Source of the DNA: Scenedesmus sp. PABB004
Lineage: Eukaryota
Length of the DNA: 64,000 nt
Direction of reading: 5' to 3'
NCBI GenBank assembly: GCA_014905635.1
Contig: JABVCE010000045.1
Coordinates: 62,001 to 126,000, forward strand
Below, in pieces: positions 47,130 through 57,028 of the stretch (position 1 is the first letter of the stretch; the number at the start of each line of letters is the position of its first letter). Below the pieces are notes generated by a model. That model was not told the origin of the DNA. It saw only the letters and a program-made list of their open reading frames with translations, and made no database searches. The position numbers and the translations under genes are program-made.

Positions 47130-48798
47130 ATGCCATCTGCTGGCGCGCCCGCCTGCGCGGAGGGCGCTGCGCTGAGCGAGCCGGCGTCCCTGGGCGCCGG
47201 CGGGACGGGCTTCTTCCTGCCCAAGACCGGGCCGCGCACGCTGGCGCAGCGCAAGGCGGCCAGCCTGCGCGACCGCGAGCTGCCCTCGGCGCCCCCTGCC
47301 CTCGCCCGGCGCAGCAGCAGCGCCAGCGGCGGCGGCGGTGGCCGCCGGACGGCCACCGGCTACCAACCGGCGTCGCCCGCGGTCGCGGCGGGCGGCGTCA
47401 CCGGCGGCCGCCGCTCGCGGCCGCGCAGCACCACGCCGCCGTCGCCGAGCGTCGGCAGCCCGGGCGAGCACGGCGGCGGCGCCGTGCTGGTCGCCGCGCC
47501 CTGCCTTGTCAGCCCGGCGCGGCCCGGCGCGCACCCGGCCGGCCCGGGGGCCGCCACGCCGCCGCGCCCGCGAGCGCGGCCGGCGGCAGCACCTGCGCCA
47601 CGGGGGACGACGAGCACCCCTCGCTGTCCAGCCAGCTCGGCAGCAGCTCCGGTGGCTTCGCCGAGGACTTTGGCGCGGCGGTGGACGGCATGGCCTCCGC
47701 CCCAGAGCTGGGCGGCTGGCCCATCGCGAGGCGCGGCGCGGCGCCCGCCGGCGGCGACGCGGGCAGCGCGGCCAGCACCTGGGGCAGCGCCTGGGGCAGC
47801 GCCGGCGCGGCCCTGGTGCCCGCGGCGCAGCTGCAGGGGCTCGACGGCAACGCCACGGCACGCTCCAGCGCGGCGGCAGCCGCAGCCAGCGCGCTGGCGG
47901 CCGGCTGCCACGGCAGCCGGCGCCAGGGCGCGCCGCTGAGCCGCAGCCCCAGCGCCTCGATTCAGATCCCCGGCACGGTGCTTCACGGCCCGGGCGGCGT
48001 GCCCTGGACGCGCGGCGCCAGTGTCGACGCCCACCAGGCGCGGCCCACCGCCGGCTGCAGCCCGGCGGACGCCGAGCTGCTGCTGACGGGCTGCTCGCCG
48101 ATGCCCTACGCGCACAGCGCGTTGAGCGAGCACGCCTTCGTGAGCACCTCGCAGGGCCTGCTGGGCGGCACGCCGTTGGCGCGGCGGTCGCTGGAGCCGT
48201 GCGCCGGCAGCGGCCTGGCCGCCCTGGGCGGCGCGAGCAGCGCCGTGTCCTGGAGCGCGGGCGCCTGGGGCGAGGCCCACGCGGTGCGCAGCCAGCCGCT
48301 GCCGGCGCCGCTGTGGCGGACGCAGCTCGACGCCGAGGCGGCGCACGGCTCTGCGCTGCCCGGCGCCGGCGGCTGCGGGGTGGCGCCGCACGGCGGCGAC
48401 ATCATCTCTGCGATCAACGACGAGCTCTGCACGCTGCTGCAGCTGCGCCACCAGGTGCTGCAGACCCAGGGCGCGGGCTTTGGCTCGCCGCCGTCGTCCG
48501 TCGCCGGGCTGCCGCCCGCGCACGTGTGCGAGGACCAGGCGCCCGCGTGGCCGGGTGGCGGGCTGGGCGGCGCGGCGCCGCTCACCCCGAGCGTCGGGTC
48601 TTCCAGGCGGCGCCGGCGCAGCTGTTCCAGCAGGCGCTGCCCGGCAGCCTCGACGCGGGCGCGCCCGACCTGGCGGCGCTGCAGGCGCACCGGGACGTGG
48701 CGCGCGCCGCGGCGGAGACCAAGCTGCAGCAGCTGGCGGCGGTTCAGCAGATGCAGCTGGCCCTCCAGAGCGAGCTGCTGCAGCTCCTGCCCGCGTGA
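47130..48798 (+). CDS. Unknown intronless protein (GGTGFFLP motif, disordered body, short C-terminal helices); two apparent 1-nt deletions
   Basis: ATG 47130 gives MPSAG...GGTGFFLPKTG. Adding one G at the run ~47546-47550 and one at ~48596-48598 joins ...DDEHPSLSSQL...DIISAINDELCTLLQLRHQVL... to ...AETKLQQLAAVQQMQLALQSELLQLLPA*. Confidence 0.6.
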
Positions 48799-49367
48799 GT
48801 GGTGTGGAGTGCGCGTGAGTGGTGTGGGGTAGCCACACAGAGGGCCCCTCTTTGTCAGGCACCGACCGCTTTGATCACTCTCTGTGCTGCTGACGCGGGA
48901 GGGCGTGCCGTCCCACGGGGCGGCACGCCCTGCAGCTATGGGCCCGAACGCGCCGTCGTCGCATGCCAAGCGCGGGCGCGGCCATCACTTGCCGCGTGCT
49001 CTGGATCCACTTGGGGCGTTGCTGCTATGGATTTCCACGAGCTCAGGGGCTGGCGGCGGCTGATGCACCGGCAGCGCAGACCAGGCCCGGTGAGCAGCAG
49101 GACCGCGGGCTCAGCTCACAGCAGCAGCACAGAGTCTGGGTGCTCACCTCCCCAGAGAGGTCGGGCGCCGCATAACGCCTGGTCGCAGGGCCGGCCGGTC
49201 TCTCTGGCCACGCCAAGACAAAGCGCCGCGGCGCTCCCTCCCCCCTTTATACCCCCTCCCCACACCCCTCCCACCTGCTTGCACCGCCTCAATTCCGCCA
49301 GCCGTCATTTGCCTCGCCGCACGTCAAAGCCTTGCACGCCTGTTGTTGCGCACGCGTGTGCCCCGGC

Positions 49368-49391
49368 TGTGTGTGTGTGTGTGTGTGTGTG
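49368..49391. repeat. (TG)n microsatellite
   Basis: Read directly. Confidence 0.9.
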
Positions 49392-50214
49392 CACCTGGAG
49401 CGCTGCCAGCAGGAGGGCTGCTGCACGCTTCCCAAACAACGCACGCCTGCACGTGCACGGCTGCCGCGCGACGGCCGTGAGTGCTGTTGCTTCCTGACGG
49501 GAGCCACCCACCCCAGCTGCATTGCTTTGAAAGTTGCTTTTGAAAGAAAAGTCCGCATTGCACAGGCGCTGTGCTATATGACGAGCCGCTGGAAAGATGG
49601 CCGGCCGGCCAATAACAAGCCCCGCACGCCTTGCGGGGCCACGGGGCGGCAGCACGGGCGCTGGCACCGCCTCGCCACGCGTCAGAGCGCCACTGTCGGC
49701 GCATACTCCCTGCGCGCCCGCTTGGGCGCGCCCCGCTCTTGTCTCGCCTCGGTCGTTGTGCGCATGAGCCCGCGGCGCTGCGCGCGCAGCGCGCAGCGCT
49801 GCGCGTGCAGTGCTGCGCGCAGCCTCTCTTGGGAAGCACTTGCTCGCTTTTCGACAGTGTGGGATGTGCGTGGGAGTTGTTATACATATTTTTAATGTCG
49901 AAGCACGAGCCCGGCATCGTCCCAGGGCGTGTCACGGCGCGCGGGGGCGCGGCGCGGGAGGGCGTGTCACCAGCCTGGCAGCAGCAGGCCGTTCTGAATG
50001 AAGGTGCGGCCTTGCCACACCACGGGGGCGCCCCGCGGCGGGGCGGGGCGTCCGAGGCTGCCCAGGGCGCCTCGCCGCATGGCGCGGCCCTCAACCCTCT
50101 GCATGCGCGCATCGGCCCGCGCGAGCGGCAGGCACGCACCCTCCAGCAGCGCGGGCACCAGCCCGCGCGAGCTGCGGGCTGCTGCGTGCGGCCACTGACG
50201 ATGCACTGGCCGCA

Positions 50215-50628
50215 CAAGGTCAAGGTCAAGGTCATTTACCCCGTATGCTCGCGCACATCGGGCCCGCGCCCCTTAAGGACGGTAGCTGGTCCTCTTGACC
50301 CGTGCAACCACGCCGCGCAGGCCCTACCGGGCCACAGGGGCAGCGGGGGAAAACCAGCGCAAACCCCGCCTCATCTCACGCAAACGACGTGGGGCAGGCC
50401 GCCACCAGCAGGGGCACCACACACCAACCGCGGCAAGCCCGCCCAGGCGCACACGCAGCACACGCCGCGCCGCGCCGCGCCCCGCCGGCCGTCACTCGCA
50501 GAGTCGCGCCCCCTGCGACGTGGTGCACCGAATGTTAGGAGCTTGGGAGAGGACCAGCTACCGTCCTTAAGGGGCGCGGGCCCGATGTGCGCGAGCATAC
50601 GGGGTAAATGACCTTGACCTTGACCTTG
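50215..50628. mobile_element. Perfect 81-bp inverted repeat (50215-50295 / 50548-50628) with (CAAGGT)3 termini; MITE-like or paired retroposon 3' ends
   Basis: caaggtcaaggtcaaggtcatttaccccgtatgctcgcgcacatcgggcccgcgccccttaaggacggtagctggtcctct and its exact reverse complement, 252 nt apart. No target-site duplication seen. Confidence 0.7.
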
Positions 50629-51378
50629 GGGAAGGATGACCGGTAGACGCGAGTAGGCCGTGCAGGGCGGCTAGTGGAGACTCTGTGGACTCAACACTGC
50701 GGGGCCGGCGTGCGCCGGCTGGGCGTCGCGCGCGGGGCCGTGGCCCGCGGCGACCGCCGCCCCGCGCCGGCCAACGCCCACCAGCTTCAACCCCCTCCAG
50801 GACCCGCGGGCGGCTCAGCCAAAAGGCCAGCCGCACGCACCGCCCACCACCAAGAAGCCTGCCGCAAGCCCGCCCACGCTCCCCCCACCGCCGCCCACAC
50901 CCACGCGCGCGCCGCGCCCCGAGCCAGCCGCGCACAACCCCATCGCCCGCGTTGCTGCCGTGTGGCAGCACGCGACCCCCGGGCTCTCTTAGCGTCTCCC
51001 CGCAGCTCTCCCTCACTCACAACCCTCACAACCCAACCCACCTCTCACGTCGGGAGAGTTCCACTCTGAGCCTCTGGGCTTGATGTTGCCGCGCGCTGAG
51101 CTCGACTGAACACGACCGGGGCAGCAGCAGGACTGGGTGAAGTGCGCGCGCACGCGGTGGCAGCGGCGGCGGCGCCTGTTTAACCAACCAAGGGACGTCG
51201 TTCGGTTACCGCGCAGTCGATCTCGCAGCCGTCGGTCGGTCGGTCGCTCAGGTGGGGTTGGGGTTTAACGGCCACGTCGCGGCGCGTGGCCCAGATATGA
51301 CAGCAACAATCAATCAGTCACACAGCGGCGCGGCAGTGCGGGCAGACAGCGCAGGCCCCCCATTCATTCATTGTCAGT

Positions 51379-51446
51379 TAAGACAAAGACAAAGATAGTT
51401 ACACCACAGGCTCGCGCCCATTGGTCCCGCGCCCCTTAAGGACGGT
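51379..51446 (-). repeat. Diverged third copy of the 81-bp unit, with a (CAAAGA)n hexamer end
   Basis: ttacaccacaggctcgcgcccattggtcccgcgccccttaaggacggt aligns to ttaccccgtatgctcgcgcacatcgggcccgcgccccttaaggacggt, with 21 nt contiguous identity. It is preceded by aagacaaagacaaaga. Confidence 0.75.
51399..51403 (-). terminator. TGTAA poly(A) signal candidate for the Cys-rich gene
   Basis: TTACA on the + strand, ~130 nt downstream of the stop at 51532. Confidence 0.55.
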
Positions 51447-51531
51447 GTCCCGCATCTTCCAGATGTCCATCACATAATTCAGTTGCGCCGCGGCTGTACA
51501 TGCAGCAACAACATGCAGCCAGCCGGCGCGA

Positions 51532-51947
51532 TCACGGAGCCGCCGCCGCCATGCGCCGGCCCCACACCCTGCCCGGCGAGCCGATGCCGCCCCAGCCGCC
51601 AATGCCGCCCCAGCCGTCGCCGCCCCAGCCGCCGCTGCTGCCGCCGCAGCCCCACTGCCCCGGCGTGCAGCACTGGTTGCCAGGGCCGCACGTCTGGCCG
51701 GCGCTGCAGCACGTGCTCCCGCAGCACTGCGAGCCGGCCTGGCAGAAGCTGCCGCCGCACTGGAAGGAGCCCGCGGGCGCGCACACGTTGTTGACGCAGT
51801 TGCCGGTGTTGCAGCACGACCCGCCGCACGTCGACGACCCCGACGGGCAGCACTGGTTGCCGCTGCACACGCCGGTGCAGCAGGTGCCGCCGCAGAGCGT
51901 CTGGCCCGACTGGCAGCACGTGCTGCCAGCGCAAAACGCGCCTGCGC

Positions 51948-52008
<61 letters not shown>

Positions 52009-54114
52009 GGCGGTGGGCGGGCGGCGGCGGCGCCGGCACGCGCGCCGCGGGGCGCCGCCGGCACGCGCGCGGCGGGGCGGGCGCACCTGGCGGGCATATC
52101 GACGACCCGCACGCCGAGCTGCCTGCCACGGCGCACTGGTTGTTGATGCACACGTTGCCGCCGGCGCAGCACTGGCTGCCGCACTGCTGCCCGCTCGGGC
52201 AGCACTGGCCGTTGAGACAGGTGGAGCCCGCGGCGCAGCACCGGCTGCCGCACACCAGGCTCGGGTCGCAGCACACGCCCGCGATGCACGTCCCGCTGCA
52301 GCACTGCCCCGAGCACAGGTTTTGGCCGGCGCTGCAGCACACCGAGTTGCTCAGGCACTGCTGCCCCGCGAGGCAGCACGTCGTGCTGCCGCACACGTTG
52401 GCGGGGCTGCAGCAGGTGCTGCTGAGGGAAAGGCACTGCTGCCCCGCCTGGCAGCAGTTGGGGCCGCACACGTTGACGGGCGTGCAGCAGCCGCCGCCGG
52501 GCAGCACGCCGCCGACCTCGCAGCACTGCCCGGTAATGGGGTCGCACTGCTGGCCGCTGCCACAGCACGTCAGCGCGCCCACAAAGCCGCACACGTTCGC
52601 GTTGGGGCAGCACTGCCCGTTGGCGCACGTCGTGCCCGACGGGCTGCGAACCGAGGCGGGGCGAGGGGGGCGGGCTCAGGCGGGCGGGCGGGCGGGGGCC
52701 CACAACCGCCGCCGCATGCCAGCCTGCCTGCCTGCCCGCCACGCGCGCCGGCGAGCAGCGCGGCTGCCGAGCGCGCCACTCACCAGCACACGTTGTTGCA
52801 CACCTGGTTGGCCGCGCAGCAGGCGCTGCCGCCCAGGCAGACCTGCCCGGTCGGGCAGCACTTGACGCCGCACTGCTGCACCAGGCTGCAGCAGGTCAGG
52901 CCGCGGAAGCAGGTCTGCGTGGAGCTGCAGCACTCGCCTGGCAGGGCCGCGGCGCGGCGGGCGGGCAGTGCCGGGCGGGCGGGCGGGCGGCGGCGCGTGA
53001 GCGGGGGACAGCACGCGTGCCGCACGCGCCGGCGGCGAGAGCGCGCCGGCGCCGGGCTGCCGGCCAGCGCGCGCACCGTTGCAGGCGCTGCCGGGCGCGC
53101 AGCACACGCCGCCGACGAGCACCGTGTCGCCCGCGCACTCGGGCGTGGCCGCCTGCAGCTTCTGCTGCGTCTGCAGCTGCTGGGGCGCGAAGATCTGCTG
53201 CGCCGTCGCGCCGAGCGACACGCACTGCGTGCCGCCGATGCACACCTGCGGCGCCTGGCAGCACGTCTGCTGCCCCGGCAGGCCACAGAGCAGGCCCGTC
53301 GCGCTGCGTGCGCGCGCGCGCGGCAGGGGCCGGCGGCGCGGGCAGGCGGGTCAGGCGGCCGCCCCTGCTGTGCTGCGGCGCAGCGCGCGCGCCCCTGGCC
53401 CCGCCCAGGGCCCCGGCCCGCACCAGCAGGTGCTGCCGAGGGAGACCTGACCGTCAGGGCAGCAGCCGCCCGTTGAGACCACCGCCCCGATGTTGCTGCG
53501 TCGCCGCGCGCGCGCGCGGCAGGGCCGGCGGGCGTGAGCGCCGGCGGCGGGCGCGCGGCGCGGCGCGGCGCGGCGCGGCGCCGCCGCGGCGCGGCGCCGC
53601 GCCGCCGTGGCCGGGTGCAGCCGCCGGGCCGCCGCGCGGCGCCACTGCGCACCAGCAGATGCCGGTGACCACGTCGCACTGCTGGGTCGCGGGGTCGCAG
53701 TTGCTGAACACGCCGCAGTTCATCTGCCCCCGCACGCCTGCGCGCGCGGCGGCGGCAGCAGCGAGCGTGTGGGCGAGCGCCGCGCCGCGCCGCGCCGCGC
53801 CGCGCCGCGCCGCGGCCACCAGCACAGCCGAGCGCCTGGCCCGCGCTCCCCCGCACCCGGCAGCGCCGCCGCGCCGAGGAGCAGGAGCAGGCACGCCGGG
53901 AGCAGCGAGCAGCCGCGCCGCGCGCCTGCGACCGCAGCCCCTGGCGGCGCCGGCGCGCGCCGGCGCCGCGCCCTGCGCCAGGCGGGCCGGTCCGGTGGGC
54001 GGTTGGGTGCGGGGGCGGGCGCTCCGGGCCGGACAGGCCCGCCAGCTGGGCTGCTGCTGGCAGCAGCCAGCCGGCCTCCTGCGCGGCCGCCGCCCCGCAC
54101 CTGGCCGGGGGCAT
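51532..54114 (-). CDS. Secreted cysteine-rich repeat protein with a Gly/Trp tail, multi-exon
   Basis: ATG 54114, introns 54100-53973 and 53856-53738 give MPPAR...CSLLPACLLLLLGAAALPGVRG|QMNCGVFSNCD. Many CGxxCCxxGQxC-type repeats follow. Ends GGWGGDGWGGIGGWGGIG...AAAP* at 51532. Confidence 0.85.
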
Positions 54115-54589
54115 GGCCTCCGGCTCCAACCGAGCGTGATGGAAGGCGAACGCGCGCTCTGCCGGCCGCGCTGCGCGAGTGACTTCGCCCCGCCCTCCGG
54201 AAGGCCGCGCGCCCACCGAGACGGCGAAGCGCTGCGCCAGAAGCGCCTCCTCCGAACGCCGATCGGGAACGACTGCGCGCCCGCTGGCGGGGGCTCGCGG
54301 CTGAGGGCTGGCGGGCGACGCGCGCTGGAGCTTTTTCTGCGGCCGTCGTCGCACGTCGATCGTTGTTGCAGCTGAGCGCAGCCAGAGTGCGAACCGCTTT
54401 GCGCAGCCGCGGGGCGAGCAGCTCGGCGGGCGCGTCTGCTCGGTGCTCGCTGCAGCCCAGCTCGCCACAAGCGTCGCGTCTCTCACCGCTGCAGTCGTGG
54501 CGGTCACACGCGCGCCTCCAGGTCGCGGCGCCACCCAGCCACTCCGCGGCCTCCACAGTCGCCACCTGCTTCCGCGCCCCCGGGGCGCC

Positions 54590-55250
54590 ATGAGTCTCGC
54601 CAGCCCCGTGGCGCGCGCTGCGGGCGCTGCGGGCGCGCCGCCGCGCCGGGCCGCCGCTGCGCCGCGGGCGCCGCGGCAGCAGCCGCCGCTGTCGGCGCGC
54701 GGTGCCGCGCAGCGCTGCCGGGCCCGGGGCGGCGACCAGAAGAACGACGGCCTCTACTTTCAGTACGTGGAGGCGGAGGAGGACGCGGAGCCGAGCGCCG
54801 GTGCGCCGCCGGCTGGCGCCGACGCGGGCGCGCATCGGCAGCGCGTGCACGCGACCGCACGCCGCCGCCGCCGCATGCCCGCCTCACGCCGCCGCCGCCC
54901 GGCCCGCGCGCGCACCGCGCAGCTGACCGCGCGCAGCAGGCGGCGCGCGACCGCGAGGAGTTTGGCTGGGTCAGCAGCGCGCGCAGCGACGTGCAGCGCT
55001 TCCGCAAGCAGGCGGCGCGGCCGCGCAAGGCGAAGCAGCCGCAGCCCGGCGTGCGGCGGCCGCAGCAGGCGCCACAGGCCCCGCCAGCCGCCGCCGCCGC
55101 TGGCGGGGCGGCGGCAGCGCCGGCAACGCAGCAAGAGGGGCCCGCAGCGCCCGCGGCGCAGCCGACCGCCCCGGGTGCTGGCGGCGCCGGCGGCAGCGAC
55201 GGCAGCGGCAGGAGCGAGAGCAGCGGCACCAGCAGCAGCAGCACCAGCAC

Positions 55251-55282
<32 letters not shown>

Positions 55283-56496
55283 CCAGCAGCAGCGGCCAGG
55301 CCGATGACGCGGTGACGCGGCGCAAGCAGCAGCTGCTGCTGCGCATGCAGGGCGCCGCCGCCGCCGCGCCGCCGCCGCCGCTGTCCCCACCCCCGGCGGC
55401 AGGGGCGGCTGCCGACGCGGCGCTCGCGCTGGACGGCGCGCCGCTGATCGACGGCGAGGGCGAGGCGCTGCTGGCGGAGCTGCTGGAGCTGGCGGCCGAG
55501 CTCGGCGACGGCGCGGGCGCCGTGGTCGATCCCGACCCCCTGGCCGACCCGCTCGCCGGCGTGCTGGCGGACGGCGCGGAGCTGCTGGGTCTGGCGCCGG
55601 GCGGCGGCGCGGCGGGCGCCGAGGACGCGGGCGACGCCGAGGCGGAGGGGCTGTTTGCGGCGGTGGCGCGCATGCAGGCCGCGACCCGCGCGGCGGCCGC
55701 CGCGCTCGCCGCCGACGCGGCGGCCGCGCCCGAGGCGCGCGTCGTGACCGTGGCGGAGCTGCTGGCGTGGGAGGCGGCGGAGGCCGCGGGCGGCCCCGAC
55801 GTGGACGTCGACGCGGAGCTGGCGGCCGCGCGAGCGGGGCGCCTCACGGCCGGCGGCGCGGCCGCAGCAGAGGGCGAGGCCGCCGCCGACGACGCCTGGG
55901 AGTATGAGCGCGAGGAGGGCGACGAGGCGCTGGGCTTGTTCGACGACGACGACGACGGGGAGCTCGGCGGCGAGGGCGAGGCCGGGCTGGAGTGGCTCGC
56001 GGCCGACGCCGCGCTGCGGCAGCGCCTGGCGGCCGACGACGCGCGCTTTGCCGCCGCGCTCGCGGAGCAGGACGAGCTGCTCAGCGGCGGGGGCGGCGGC
56101 GCCGGCGCCGGCGCCGGCGCCGGCGCCGCGCCCGAGCCCGAGGCGTGGGCCGGCCTGGGGCTGCAGGACTGGCTCGAGGCGGCGGCGGGCGGCGGCGACG
56201 AGGCCGAGGAGGGCAGCGGCGGCGGCGGCGGCGGCGGCCTCGCTGAGCTGCTGGCCGCGATTGACGACGACCCGGCGCTGGACGCGGCGGCCAAGGCGCA
56301 GGCGCGGCTGCGCATCCAGGGCGCGTTCAACGACCCCGCCGCGCCCGACGGCCGGCGCAGGGGCGCGCCAGCGCGCGGGCGGCGCGGCGCCGAGCCCCCC
56401 GCCGACGGCGCGCGCGGGCCGACGACCACCGGCAGCGGCGGCGGCGGGCCGGCGCCGGCGCTGCTGCCGCGGCCGGCGCGGCCGCCCGGCGCGTAG
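54590..56496 (+). CDS. Unknown acidic Ala/Gly-rich protein with a putative plastid transit peptide (2 exons)
   Basis: MSLASPVARAAG...QRCRA (A/R/S-rich, no acidic residues), then DQKNDGLYFQYVEAEED, an intron from 54801, and a long D/E/A/G-rich exon to TAG 56496. Confidence 0.65.
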
Positions 56497-56551
56497 GTCG
56501 GAGGGTGGGTGGGTGGCGGGCAACGCTGCAGCGTCGCGTCGCACGGGCTGC

Positions 56552-56556
56552 TTACA
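56552..56556 (-). terminator. TGTAA poly(A) signal candidate for the Caprin-like gene
   Basis: TTACA on the + strand ~470 nt past the inferred stop. Confidence 0.5.
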
Positions 56557-57028
56557 GTATGCTGCTGCTCTTGACAGGCGCAATCCGCTGCAAGCTGCAC
56601 GCAAAACTTGGGGGCCCCGCCAGGGCGGCGGCGCGGGCGCGCAACAGCGGCGGGCGCCGCACGGGCAACACCTCAGCACCGGCTCCAGCTGGCCGCGCAC
56701 AGCTCGGCGCAGCGCGTCCTGCTCGCCGCCACGCACGCAGCGCCGCTGGCCCGCGCCCACGCGACCGGACGTCGCCGCCAACGTGCCCCCGCGCCCTCTT
56801 CCCTCTCCCTCGAAACACACCACACGCTGCTCGACAGCACCCCCCCTCGCGCGCAGAGGACGGGTCCACCGCGGCCGCCCCCAGCAGGCGAGGGCGCTGC
56901 CGCGCGGCTGCTCCCGGCCCGCCCGCCCCGACAAGGGCCATGCGCGGGCGCCGCGCGGCGGCGCGCGCAACCCCCGCAGCACCCCCTCCGATGCGACCCC
57001 GCCCCGCGCGCCGCAGCTGGCCGCGGCA

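Noticed and set aside
49578..49625. SECIS-like ATGA-N11-AAA
   Set aside because: No complementary 3' arm with GA, and no in-frame UGA selenoprotein candidate nearby.
48800..50200. Overlapping ORFs in the lower-GC intergenic region as transposase or RT
   Set aside because: No RT, DDE, GIY-YIG or helicase motifs visible, and codon pattern is unlike host genes.
50195..50220. Hammerhead-like CTGACGA plus short stem next to the inverted repeat
   Set aside because: No GAAA core follows the stem and no stem I/III with a cleavage triplet was found.
50215..50232. (CAAGGT)3 as an interstitial telomere
   Set aside because: Not a TTTAGGG/TTAGGG-type unit; it is tied to the end of the 81-bp repeat.
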